A stretch of DNA of 64,000 nt from the NCBI GenBank assembly GCA_036867785.1, contig CP145424.1, forward strand, positions 744,001 through 808,000, given 5' to 3'. This DNA is from Plasmodiophora brassicae (taxonomy: Eukaryota). This document shows, piece by piece, positions 26,351 through 38,450 of the stretch (its first letter is position 1; each line of letters starts with the position of its first letter). The position numbers and the translations under genes were made by a program. The notes under the pieces were generated by a model, which had not been told where the DNA came from, did not search any database, and was given only the letters and a program-made list of their open reading frames with translations.

Positions 26351-28248
26351 CTAGTTGGGCAGGTCCCAGACCTTGATGGCGCGGTCATCGCCGGTGCTGA
26401 CGACGGTCTTGTCGTTCAGGAATCGGACATGGGAGACGCCGCCGACGTGCGCAGGGTCGATCTTGATCCGGTTCGGGTCGAACGACGTCAGGTCGGTCCA
26501 TACGAGGACGCTCTGGTCGACACTGCCCGTTGCCAGCAAGTTCGACGACGGGGAGAAGCAGGCAGTGGTGACCTTGGCGGCGTGGTAGCGCCACCCGGAC
26601 GGGTTGGTCACCTCGCCGGTCGACCGGTCCCAGATGTAGATACCGCGCTGGTTGTCGCCCGACACCAGCAGGCGCCCGTCAGGGGAGTACGCGACGCAAG
26701 CGGTCAGGTCCATATGCTTGGCCAGCGTCTTCAACGGGGCCGCCTGGTTCTTGGCCAGCGAGAACAGGTGGACGAGCTTGTCTCCCGAGACGGCGATTTC
26801 CGCTTCGTCAGGGGACAGGGCGACATCCGTCGGCATGAACGACAGTTGCACCGTGCAGGCCTCCGCGTTGCCGACCACGACGACGAGCGTCTTCTTGCGC
26901 GTGACGATAACGGTCAGGTCCTTCGCGCCGGCCGCAATCGCAACGGGCTGACCAGCGATCGCAACGCCACCTTCGCCGGCCAGCGACGGGGCACCGTCCG
27001 GCGTCGACCGAAGAATGTCATCGAACGCCGCAGAACGAAGCGCATGCGAATCGCGAGCAATCGCCAACGCGCTGACGTTCTTCGCGCCGTCGCCCACGTC
27101 CGTCAGCTCCTGGTTGTCCCCCGTCGCCGGGTTCCACCGGAACACGGACCCGAGGTTGTCCCCCGAGTAGATGACGCCTCGGGCGCCATCGACCTCCATC
27201 GACGACACCGGCACGGAATGGCCATGAAGCACCCGGCGCGGTTTGCCCGGGTTGGCCCGGTCCAGGAAGTTGATCGCACCGGACAGGGACACCGTCACCA
27301 ACGTGTCGTCGTCGTGCCACAGCGCGCCCACCTGCTGGTGCGAGCTCGTCCCATCCGACGGGAACGGGAACGTCTGCACGACGGTCCCATCGACAACGTT
27401 CCAGATCTTGGCAGTGCTGTCGCCTGGCGGACCGATAAGAACCTCATCAAACGGGGTACGACACGGGATCGCGTACCGGAGACGGTGAGGATGTGGGTCG
27501 AGTTGGGCGCCCACGACAACGACCAGATCGATCCGGTGTGCGCGCCAGGCGCATTGCCGGCGTCGGCAATGTCCTTGACAAAGTCGCCCGTCTTGCCGTC
27601 GAACACGAAGATCGACTTGTCGCTGCCGACCGAGACGAGGTGGTTGCCGTCGGGCGAGAACCGCACCTGGTTCGGGAAGCGCGTGTGCCGGTCGAACATC
27701 TTGTCGAACCGGAACGGCGGGCCTTGGTAGAAGTTCACCTGGCGGTCCTCGGACGCGGTCGCCACGCGGTACGGGCGCACCTGGCGGATGTCGACCGACA
27801 GGATCCGCTTGCTGTGGTTCGTGATGTCGCCGACGGTGCTGCCGGAATCCCACAGGAACGCCTTCGCGAACGAATCGGTGCCGTCGCCGACCGCCACGAT
27901 GCGCTTGCCGTCGTCGGACCAGGCCAGGTCGAGCACGTCACGGCAGACGTTAACCTCCGCCTTGATCAGCTTGGATTTCGTGCCCCAGACGAGGACGCGG
28001 CCGCGGGAATCGCCCGACGCGACCCATTCGCCGTTGGGCGAGAACTTCGCCACCGACACGTTGCACTTGTGGTCGGAGAAGACGTCGCAGGCGGACGGGT
28101 CGGCCAGCGACCGCAGGATCACGTTCTTGCCGTTGCAGTACAGGAACTGGCCGGTCTTCGCGCTCGAGTGCATCTGCATGCCGTAGCCGCGCCGCGTGGT
28201 CGGGCACGGCGCCGACATCGCCTTCAGGATCGCCGTCGCCGACGACAT
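26351..28248 (-). CDS. WDR1: Actin-interacting protein 1 / WDR1 (WD40 repeats), one intron near 27425-27477
   Basis: PCPTTRRG, AKFSPNGEWVASGD, FLWDSGSTVGDITNHSKRI, RPYRVATASED, FYQGPPFRF. Confidence 0.92.
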
Positions 28249-28598
28249 GGTTCGCCCCGGTCACACTCTCCCACACGGCACACACGTCGACTCCAAAATA
28301 GAACGGGTTTGACGACGTGAGACCCACTGATCGCGTTCGCAGTACTACTCCTCTCTGGCCACCGCTGCCCAGATTTGCCAGTCAGGGTGCGGGGTGTGCC
28401 CGTCGTGTGCCCGAATTGGCACGTGCTAAAAATATGCGGCCTACAACGAGTTATCTAAGGGCGACGACCGACGGACAGCAGTGGATGGTAAGCAACAGCC
28501 TATACGGTGCGATCTCTGACGCGACTGATCCGTTGTCCGGAGAGAGCGCTGCTGTATGATAAAGGAGAATCGACAGGCGCGAGCGTACTGCCCCGGAG

Positions 28599-29633
28599 TC
28601 AGGCAGCACGCGACGGGCCCGGGCGATTCCGAACGTAGAGCTGGACCCAGTCATGAACAAAAGGGTACCAGGTCCGAATGGGGACGTCCTCGACGCTGGC
28701 CCACTTGTCGTTGAGCTCATGGAAGAATTCAGGATCGGCAGTACAGCCGCCCTCCTCTTCGCCAATGTACACAAGATGGTCCCCTTGAAACGCTTTCAAC
28801 GCGCGTCCGGCCATGTGGTATTGGCGTCCGGCATCTTCATCATATTTGGAAACAAACGGAGGCCAGATCAGCACGAGGACGTCTGGGTGAAACGTTTCCA
28901 CGGCGTTCACCGCTTCGAGGTTGTAGACCGGCATGTACGGCGGACGATCGGTTGTGGCTCGGAAGCGACGCTCGAAGTTGTCGGTAGCGATGATGTTGAC
29001 ACCCGCACTCTTCAGTAGAAACTCGACGAGCGCGCGTCCGGAACCGACCGACAGGGCACGACGATCGGGACCGATAAATCGCGCAATCTCAGCGACAGCA
29101 CACTCGTCAGGAATGCACCAACCGAAGGTTGCAACGAACGCGTTTCGACGGTTGGGCAGGGGAGACGAATAATAACTGCCTTGGTAAGCAAGCAGTTCCT
29201 CACGAGACGGGGCAGCCCGACGTATCGCTTCGTAGATCTCGCTGATCGTATAATTGCGGGTTGGTTGGCGTATGATGAGATCCTGATCATGAGACGCGCG
29301 CGGTCGGGACGGGTCGATGTCGGCAGCCCCAAAGAGGCCACTGAGAAGTGCAAGCGGATCGTTAGACTTGTGCGCGCTCGGGCGCTCCTTGCTGGTCCGC
29401 TCGATGATCGAGTCCGCCTCCTTGCGCTCAGCACCGGTTTTGCAGGTCTGTCTGTGGTGCGGCCAGTCTGCCCTCTGGCATTTAACGGAACAGTACGAGA
29501 TCGCCTGGCACCGGCCACAGCGCAACTTCTTCTCCATGGACTCCCCGCAGACGGAGCAGTGCACGCCGAACACGTCCTGCACAAGGCACAGAGCAGCAAG
29601 AACCATCAGCAACGACCATGCGAATCGCGCCAT
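28599..29633 (-). CDS. Secreted MYND zinc-finger protein with C-terminal SAM-methyltransferase-like domain (candidate effector), intronless
   Basis: Signal peptide MARFAWSLLMVLAALCLVQDVFG; MYND CSVC..CGRC..YCSVKCQRADWPHHRQTC; Rossmann-like ALSVGSG, IIATD, LVLIWPPF, LVYIGE..GCTA. Confidence 0.8.
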   Translation of the reverse strand: MARFAWSLLMVLAALCLVQDVFGVHCSVCGESMEKKLRCGRCQAISYCSVKCQRADWPHHRQTCKTGAERKEADSIIERTSKERPSAHKSNDPLALLSGLFGAADIDPSRPRASHDQDLIIRQPTRNYTISEIYEAIRRAAPSREELLAYQGSYYSSPLPNRRNAFVATFGWCIPDECAVAEIARFIGPDRRALSVGSGRALVEFLLKSAGVNIIATDNFERRFRATTDRPPYMPVYNLEAVNAVETFHPDVLVLIWPPFVSKYDEDAGRQYHMAGRALKAFQGDHLVYIGEEEGGCTADPEFFHELNDKWASVEDVPIRTWYPFVHDWVQLYVRNRPGPSRAA

Positions 29634-30055
29634 TGCAGCAGGTGACGACGACCTCGACAATTGCAGTGTGCGACGCAATTTCCGCTGAAGCAACGGTTGG
29701 TGCGACCTTGCGGCGTCCGCCCGCCGGGGAGATTCGCGACAGAAATAGCTCCTGCACGGACGACCACCAGCGAAGTCTCGTTCGGACGGATGGATACCTA
29801 TGATTGTAGTCCACAGAAGATACACCAGAATAAACGCGGCGATGATGGATTCCAAGAACAGCACCGAAGAAACTACCAGCTGCACCCGACACGGACACCA
29901 ACCAGACGATATGACACAGCGCAGGCACCTGCGGAAACGAACACGTACATACGAGCACCAGGAGAAGAGACCCAAGCGACGAGGAGTAGTTCGACCACAT
30001 GACAAAAACGGGTCGTAACGCCAATATTGTTGTTGAAGCAGGAAGCAACGAAAAA

Positions 30056-30756
30056 GGTATTCCAGCCTAGGAAAGAACTCAACTACGAGGTTGCATTAAT
30101 CTCGCCGGCGACTGCGAAAGGACTGGTCACCGACACAGGTGAACTCGTAAGCACAAGACAAAAGGAAAATAGCACAATCGCAGGACTGCACCAACTTCAC
30201 ACCAGTAATCCAAGAATCCAACGGTCCTTTCCGCGCCGGCGTGATTAGTGCAATTTCGTAGTTCAGTTCTGTCCTAGCCCGGAATACCGTCGAAAACGTC
30301 GCCAGCCACAATAAGAAAACGTCGACATCGACTTCCTTGGAAAATCAGCGGGTTTCGCATCGCCGGTTGAAAGAGAACGCTGCGTAACACTCCTGCGATA
30401 CTACTTACACTTTGCAACCCCCAAGATCGAGATCCTGGCTGTATCCCTGGCGATCTTTTCGACGATATAGATGCGAACAGATCCAAGAGTTCGTACTTTG
30501 CCGGGACGATCGGTTGGCCCATCCGGATGATGTCTATGTGGCATGTCGACGGACAGTTATGACTTGCCTGTTGGAGTCATTCAGTCCGGCTCTCGGGCTC
30601 TCGGCATTCGAATCCGGGTTTGTGCACGCCTTTGGATATCTGAAGGAATAGTCCTGTTATTGGAACTTAGATTACTGGTGTTCAGTTGTTACAGTCCTGT
30701 GGTTGTGTTATTTTCCTTTAGTCGGGTGATTACCAATTCACTGTGTCGGTGTACCT
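30056..30756. repeat. Compound diverged inverted repeats (A-B-A'...B'), probable TE relic
   Basis: 30056-30123 is the imperfect reverse complement of 30224-30288. 30124-30220 is the imperfect reverse complement of about 30660-30756. The region is AT-richer than its flanks. Confidence 0.8.
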
Positions 30757-31306
30757 TGCTTCATTCAGGTTGATCTCTGCTGGGATTTCGGGTACTTATG
30801 GTATCAGGTCCTCGATAGTGTCGGCCAGTCCTTTCCCAGGCCTCCTTGCAGACGCCTAGACGACATCGATAACGACGTTATGGGACCCGTGATGCAGCTC
30901 GATCGTCGCAGATAAGCGTTTCCCTGTTGGTAGCCCGGACGACAGATAGCCTGGCGCGTTGCTGGTCGCTCGGGCTTGTGGTCCAGGAGCTATGGCTTGT
31001 GACGAAGACCGCCAGGGCCGCAGTTCGTAGTCGATCGGTCGCATATCACATCAACGGAGCGGATCCCCTCGGAATGATCCAAGACGCGCTGCCGGCGTAG
31101 ATTCCGGAATCCACGAGGCAAGGCAGGCCACGGGCACCCTTCGCACGCATTTCGTGCATGGACGAGAGCGGCCCCTGATCGCATCGATCAGATCGGGTGG
31201 CGAAGCAGTCTGACGAACACGACGTGAGCAATGTCCTTTGTGGCGAGCTGCCAGGAAACTGCGTGACTGCGGGCGCGGATCGGTCGGCCATTCCCCATTG
31301 CGCACG

Positions 31307-31854
31307 ATGTTGTCACGGGTCGGGCCGATCGGGCGCGTCGTGCGGCGGTCTCGGGCGGCGCCAGCCTGCGCCCGCCTCTACCACCCGAACGTGATTGATC
31401 ATTATGAGAACCCGCGTAACGTCGGCAGCCTGGACCGGAAGGACCCGAGCGTCGGCACCGGCCTCGTGGGCGCACCGGCTTGCGGTGACGTCCTGCGACT
31501 CCAGATCAAGGTGAATCGTAGTGGTGGGTTAACACCTCGTTTCATAGACTTACCGTATCGCGGCAGGTCGATGATGATGGCGTCATCCAAGACGCGAAGT
31601 TCAAAACGTTCGGTTGCGGCTCGGCGATCGCGTCGTCGTCGCTGGCGACGGAATGGGTCGTCGGCAAGAACGTCGACGATGCGTTGAAGATTCGGAATAC
31701 GGACATCGCCAAGCACCTGAATCTCCCACCTGTCAAGCTGCACTGCTCTATGCTGGCAGAGGACGCCATCAAGTCTGCAATCGACGACTACAAGACTCGT
31801 AACCGTAAGACCGAACAGGCCGCTGTAGCGGCGTCGGCATCACCTCCGGCGTGA
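31307..31854 (+). CDS. ISCU: Mitochondrial Fe-S cluster scaffold ISCU/Isu1
   Basis: Transit peptide, YHPNVIDHYENPRNVGS, GAPACGDV, FKTFGCGSAIASS, LPPVKLHCSMLAEDAI; intron 31511-31566. Confidence 0.97.
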
Positions 31855-32331
31855 ATACAAGGACAGTAAGTTGTGTAAGCGAGTGGCGTTCGAGTCTCGA
31901 TCGCCAGTGCGTCGTATTCGAATGCCTCCGTCGGTTACTCCAGGCGTGGATTGCCCTCATTCTTGGATCATGCACCGCGTGTGTACGTGGCGTACGCGCG
32001 TGATTGGACTTGCTGCGATGGAGCGGCCCGCCACAGTCGCGCTGGCCTTTCCTTGCGGGTGGCGTTCATCCCCTGTCCTGTAGTAGTTTGTTGGCAGGTT
32101 GCGTTTAGGGGTCCTTATCGGTGCAACCTAACCGCGTGGGTCCCTCAGAGAACCCTTCATCGGCCTTGTTCGTTTGGGAGTATCTCCACCAGTCACGTCG
32201 CCGGGGACGAGCTGCTTCTTCTGCAACCCCGCGAAGAGCGGCTGCTTGCGACATGACAGCAGACGCGCTTCTCCAGCAGTGTTGCCGATGGTCACGTCGC
32301 CGCACGATAATCATCACCCGGGGCAGACGTC

Positions 32332-33188
32332 TTATGTATTAGTCTCCCATGGGATTGGATTCGGGCTGACGCGTTCCAGGACGGCACGGACCAGACGATC
32401 AGCGTCCGCCGTCTCCACGATCCGAATGGCTTGGTGAAAGCCTTCCTCGAGCGAGGGCCGCTCGAACTCATTGACGAATCGCCGCAGGATGTCGATGCTC
32501 GCCGGTTCCGCTTTCAGCGTCGGGTGGAAGTTCCTGCTGAGAATCCGGGCGCGACACACGATCGGCGGCACGTCGAACGTTATCACGGCACAGAAGCCGA
32601 CGTTCATCTCACGAGCGATCTCCAGGAACACAGCACGATGCTGCTGCGTAATGTTCGTACGATCAATGATCACCGACTGGCCGGCCGTCAACGCACGCCT
32701 GGTCGCGGCAACACACTTCTTCCGCGACCCGAGAATGTCCTGGATCGGAACGCGTCAGCGAGAGACCTGGCCGACACCCACAGCTGGCGACACGCGCCTA
32801 CCTGGTTGATGCGAACGAATCGCCCTTCAGGAGGAGCGGCGACGACGGCCTCGGCGAAGAAGCTCTTGCCCGACCCGGGGAACCCGCACGTCAGGACCAT
32901 CATACGCGGGTCGTCCGGGAACCTTGCCGTTGCCATCGGTCGGCGAATGCGCAGCGTGAACGCGATCAGCGCGCGCTTCAGCCTGGCCCATTGCCTCGGG
33001 CTCATCTTCAGCAGTTCGGCGCTGATATCGCGGTTGGAGTTGGCGACGAACCGGCGGATCCGCGTCTCCAGGTCCAGGTCGAAGTATCGCCACGAGTCTT
33101 CCTCGGTCTCCTCCGGCCCTATGACGCTAACGTCCACGTTGCCACCACCGGCAGCAGCCGCCTGCTGGTCCTGGTGCTCGGCGGCCAT
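32332..33188 (-). CDS. P-loop kinase (AAA_33 / polynucleotide-kinase-like)
   Basis: Walker A GFPGSGKS, RINQ|DILG, VIIDRTN, CRARILSR, ERPSLEEGF; one intron near 32741-32801; start uncertain. Confidence 0.78.
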
Positions 33189-33356
33189 AACGACGTCGCC
33201 CGCGTCGCGAGTGCGAGTGAGGCCTCCTGGGGCCGCAGTTTCAGTGCCAGGTAGGGGATAATAATACGGTTCGTCGCCCGTCGGCAGCGACACCGCTGCT
33301 GAGGACCTGACACGGCCAGGGTGAGCGCGGGCGACACGACGCGCAATGTATTCCAG

Positions 33357-34004
33357 TTACTGGCCAACATTGACGGGTCCGAACGTCAGCGACACGACGG
33401 CCGCGCGCAGGCTTTGATGCAGGTAGAACGCACAGTAGAATGTGGCCGGCTGGGTTGGGCACCTGCCAGTCAGAACGTGGGGACGAATGCGGTCGCGACG
33501 ACCGGGTGACGTACCAGCGCGAAAACTATTTCGACGGCAAGGAATACGATAAGAAGTTGGATTGAAAGCGGGGACGACGTGATCGATCCGACGGGGTAGT
33601 CGAGAAGGATCAGCGCCAGGAGGCTGATGTTCGTCAATTCGGACAGCAGCAGCAAAGCCAAATGCTGTCCCCCAGGTGCATCAACGACCAACGGAGACGG
33701 ACGCCTGCTTTCGGCGACTTACGACGAATACGAACTCGTGCTTGGAGAACAGGGATCCGTATATGCCCGCCAGGAGCCCCACAAACATCGTGAACATCAT
33801 GAACCAATAGCCAGATGCGAACGCGACCATCGTGCACGCCTGCGGGGTGGACATGTTATTTCACAAATGCGCGCGCACTGGCAGGGGCGTCATCCCGACG
33901 ATCTGCACGGCGCACAGCAGCAGCAAGCGCGTCCGCCAGGTCGATATGGCGCGTCGCCTGACGACGGCCAGGTCCAGACCCAGCGACGCGGCCGAGGCCG
34001 GCAT
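33357..34004 (-). CDS. Small multi-pass (about 4 TM) membrane protein, 4 exons
   Basis: Splicing three GT-AG introns gives a continuous hydrophobic ORF: LLLLCAVQI-ACTMVAFASGYW..-HLALLLLSEL..-PATFYCAFYLH. Confidence 0.55.
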
Positions 34005-34267
34005 CCGGCTGGCCCCTAAAACGGTCACGCCCCGACTGGACCTACTGCTACACGCGCACTGACGACGACAGCGGTGCGTGCGATGCACGCACCCGGCCCT
34101 TTTGCGGACCAGCGACTGCGTCACGGGCCATTCACACGGGACGTCCGTAGGTACATTGCAGTCCGGTGACAGAAGACAGCGCAGTGCGTCGGTCGACAGC
34201 GGGCGGTGCGCAAAGCCAACACGGTAAACTGCGCGCTGAATAGCGTGTATGACGGTGCGTTGACGCG

Positions 34268-36956
34268 TTAGGGTTGCTCGGCGGGCGCCGTGAAATTAAC
34301 GATGCAGATGCAGCAGTCGTCCCCTGGCGCCAGATGGGCCTAAGTTGTCAGGCAGGTGGACTGGCATCCTATTGGTGTACCTGTGGACACGATCTGCCTG
34401 CCGTCGGGCGTCCAGCGCACGCTGCGGATGCGACCCGAATGCACGCGAAGCTCGCCGACCAATGTGAACTTCTGATCCGCTCCCCATCGGTAGACGGCCA
34501 CTGTCGACGGCGCTCTCAGCGGCAACGCCCTCGACGTGCGTACCCGGTAACGTCCTTACCGAGGTCGTCGCCCTGGCCTGCCACGACAAACTGTCCCGAC
34601 CTGGACACGTCAATACTGTGCACCGGGTCGTGGTTGCTGGTCCGGTGAACGTTCACCGCAGCGGTGGCGTCGATATCCCAGGTCATGATGCGCCCGTCGC
34701 TAATCGCGGTCGCCGTTTCCGCTTCGCCTGCACAAGTGTCAGTGTCGCCACTCACCCCGGTGGTCGTGCGCGCCCCCAGACCCGTTCGACGTTGGGCCAC
34801 GGCCTCAAAGTGCCCGTTGTCCATCTGGTGCCCCGCCAGGAACACGCGCCTAGCGAAGTCGTACGACACATGGCGACGATCCGCCCCGCACGAGTGCACG
34901 ATGTTCTCGTTGCGGCAATCGACCAAGATGGCGCTGACGGGCGCCAGCGTATGCGCCACGTATTCGGCCACCATCGACCTGGTCACCCGATCCAGCACAC
35001 GAATCGACCCTGCCAATGGGTTGTAGGGAGCGCCATCGATACACACGCGCGACGGACCGAACCTGATGTGGACCCGGCCACGATGAGGAACCGACGACGC
35101 TGGGCGATCGCCGTTACGGCCCCGCGAACGGCGTGTGGGATCTCCCAGAGTATGGCGCCGGTCGCGATCGAATGTGCTCGAACGGCACCGTCCGCCCACC
35201 CGCTTAACAGCGACTCGTCGCCGTTGCCCTCGTTGTTGAACTCGACAACGCACCCTGCGCACATCGTTCGGGTCAGCCCGGGGCGTGCCGGCAGACGTCA
35301 GCGTGGCGCCCGGCACCTTGGCAAGGGCCCTGGGCGGACGAGACGACCGTGTAGTCGGCGAGGTCCCAGACCATAATGGTGCCACGGGCGCTGATCGTCG
35401 CGAACACGTTGCTGCGGTTGGCGGCGAACGCGATGTGGACCACCGCCACGGTCGGCGACTGGTGCACCAGCAGCGCGTCCAGCCTGTCCACGACGCTGCG
35501 ATTGCCATGTCAGGCGCGCGTGGTCGCCCGGCCGCGCGCAACGGCCGCAGGACGTACCGGACGCGGTAGATTCGGCCCGAGGCGGTCCCAGCAATGACCT
35601 CGCACCCATCGGCGGCGTTCGATAGACTGTTGACCGCCCCACCCAGTTCGAGGCGGTCGACCAGGTCCCATTGCTGGGCGCCACCCTTGTATTTGCTCAG
35701 GGTGCCGTCGCCTCTGCGACACGTATATCACTGCAATGCGTCCGATACGGCACGTGCCCGTACCCGCCAGCGAGCAACAGGTCGCCGTTCGTGATCAGCG
35801 AGTGCACACCTGTCGCAGCAGCATCACTGAATGTAAGGAGCGCGTGCGAAAGACGAACCTGCTGAGCAGACGGGGAAACTGGCACGAAACTGGCCGACGT
35901 CGACGTTGAAGACGCTGACGTCGCCGGCGGTGCTGCCGCAGAGCAGGAACTGTTTCGTCTCGTCCAGGGTGCAGCACGTGAAGCATCGCACGAGGGCGCC
36001 CCGGCCGGGCGCATCGCATTTCCTCGTCGTCGCGTCGTACTGCATCGTCTTGATGTCGTAATCGAACCGATGGATCAGGGCGGCGCTCTGCACCGACAGC
36101 CGTTTCAGGCCTGTGGATGTGACACACACACAGACACACGCGCCGGCCGCTTACGTCGACGCACGAGTACACCAGGTACGATGGATTGCGACGCGCTTTC
36201 GGGCACGGGACGGGCGCGCCGAACGCCATCGCCGTGATCGCCTGCCGTTGTGGGCACGTCACTGCTCAAGGCGTGAATCGTTGTGGTGCGTTAGGAAGGC
36301 GAATGCCCACAGACCCAGGTCGCCGGTGGCGATCTCCCAGAGCGCCAGCGCGTTATCAGTGGCGCAGGCCAGCCAGCGTTCGTCGTCAGAGAAGGCGAGG
36401 GCGCGCAAGCGTAGGGACCGATGCCCGAATCGCGTCACGAGGGCGCCCGTCTGGACGTTCCATAGGCAGACGGGCGCGCTGGACGACGATGGGGACTGTT
36501 CGCCCATCTGCCCGGACGCCAGCAACCGGCCGGACGGTGACCTGCAGAGCGCATGACGTCAGGCGCGTATCGGAGCACAGACAGGTACGGGTGCGAACAT
36601 GGCCAGGGCGCAGATCTCGCCGTCATGCCCACGTAGGAACCGTTGCGATTGCGGTGGCGTCAACGCGGACAGGACGACGACTACAAGGCGGCGTTGTGAA
36701 CCCATGACGTCCTGGAGCAGCGCATCGCCGACTCACCCTTGCCGATGGCGAACACGATGACGTCGTTCTGCCGCGGGTGGAACAGCAGCGTATGGCGGTG
36801 GGCGCCGGTGAACCCGATCATGTTCTCCAGAGACAGCGCCGTCGCCGACGGCGACGCCCCCGGGGCATCGTGCGCGGCGTCGTGCTTGGCCTGGGCGTCC
36901 GTCGTCGGCGCAAACACCAACTTCGGGTCCGGCCCTGGCCGCCCCGCTCGGTTCAT
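34268..36956 (-). CDS. CFAP52: WD40 cilia/flagella-associated protein, CFAP52/WDR16-like
   Basis: LSLENMIGFTG..LLFHP, QRFLRGHD, LASGQMG, FLLCGSTAGDV, LLSGWADGAVRA, WEIPHA, HSGRIRSVRWTPDGRQIVSTG. Confidence 0.75.
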
Positions 36957-37187
36957 CGAACCCTGCTTGTCGGTGAACCGGCGCCGCCCTGTGTGCGTGT
37001 GTGTGTGTGTGTGACAGACGCGCTCACCGTGCATCACGTGGCCAGTCCCAGCGAGAGAGGCCCAGCAGGCAACGCCATCGTGTCGCCTGCAACACAGTGA
37101 TGGTGCACCTGCGGCAGGACGCCGAAAACGGGGGTCGGCGCCGCAATCGGCACGAGGCACACGACTACATCGTAGTGGAACGACGAG

Positions 37188-37656
37188 ATGGCGCCGGGGT
37201 GCGTGAGCACCGGTGCGGCTGCAGTCGCCGCCGTCCTGCTCGTACTAGCGTGCGCACCGCTCGCCGTGGACGCTGCTGCTGCCGGCGACCGTCAAGCGGT
37301 GCACGGTGCGCGCACGCCGCCGCCTCGTCTCGACCATATCGCTATTGACATGCCGCCGCTGGTATACGCGCGTCCCGTTGTCGCCCAGTATACGATACCG
37401 ATGCATGGCATGCTGATGCGCGTATATATGGCAGGTCGGCGCCGCGTCGGACGACGTGCACGCGCAGCACAAGGGGAACGACATGGGCACGGCAGCGGGC
37501 GGCCGTCTCCACAGCAACGAGGCGTCTGCTATGGAGCGCGGCGAGGTTCCCCACTATGACTGGTGTCTTCAGCAGCATCGACAACCCGGTCGCGCGTGGT
37601 TTGCGCGCGCCCTTCTGCAGGCCATCGACGATGCCGTCGAAGCACTTCTCCAATGA
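37188..37656 (+). CDS. Small secreted protein (~131 aa, 2 exons)
   Basis: Signal-like AAVAAVLLVLACAPLAVDA. A phase-0 intron at 37362-37434 joins to the ORF ending 37656. Confidence 0.6.
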
Positions 37657-37735
37657 ACAACATTGCTGTGCCGCTGCGCCACCGTCACCCTCATCGTCGT
37701 TGCATTGTATGGTCGTGTGATGTTTGGGCTGGAAA

Positions 37736-38281
37736 TCAGTTGGGCATCATGAAGAAGCCGACGGAGAACAGAGTGCCGAGCGCGGCGACTTTCAGGCCCT
37801 GCTTGACGTAGTCCGGCTTGCCGGTCATGTGCCCGCGGAACAGCCAGCTGACGGCGAACGCGTCGAACAGGACGGCGACACCAAGCAGGTAGCCCTGCTT
37901 CGCCACCGGCGACGACTTGACGCCCGCCCAGACGCCGGTTGCGCACAGACCTATACGGGTCGTTGAACGATCAGCCCCTCCCCGGGTGCGGTCGTTGGCG
38001 CATGACACGACGACCGACCCATGTTCATCGCGGAGAACGCGTACCCTCCCCACCAGTGCGCCTCGGGGCTCAGCACGACATGATCCTTGTCATCGCGACG
38101 CAGGGCGACCGGCGTCAGGCCCTCCAGGGACCGGTGCGGCGCCAGCAGGTGCTTCAACGCGGCGGCGCCGGCGCCCGCCACCCCGAACCAGAATATCGCT
38201 GCGGGCAACGCGCGATCAGAAGCGGCGACGACGCCCACGACCGGGGTACCCACCTTCGGGCGCAATCTCCGACACAGACAT
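37736..38281 (-). CDS. Small multi-pass membrane protein, 3 exons
   Basis: MSVSEIAPE-AIFWFGVAG..AMNM-GLCATGVWAG..GFFMMPN is obtained with two canonical introns; about 4 TM segments. Confidence 0.65.
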
Positions 38282-38450
38282 GAGTGCAATGACGCGGGCG
38301 ATTCGGTGGCCCCCCTTGCCTGCTGCTGCTGCTGCTGCTGCCCGCCGCCGCCTCTTCCTCTCCTCCGTGCCGCTCCCCGAGGCTATGTTTAGAAAACGGG
38401 GGCCCTGCCGGCGCCTCGGCCGACTTGCTGCAACAAACTGTGTGAACCGG

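Noticed and set aside
26429-27730. 433-aa plus-strand ORF (and similar long antisense ORFs at 19362, 32431 and 38154)
   Set aside because: Mirror frames of well-supported genes on the opposite strand.
29634-30005. N-terminal extension of the 468-aa MYND ORF
   Set aside because: ATG 29633 gives a signal peptide matching the paralog at 40716; the upstream part runs into repeat-like sequence.
36990-37013. (GT)n tracts here and near 47640
   Set aside because: Ordinary short microsatellites in UTR or intron sequence.
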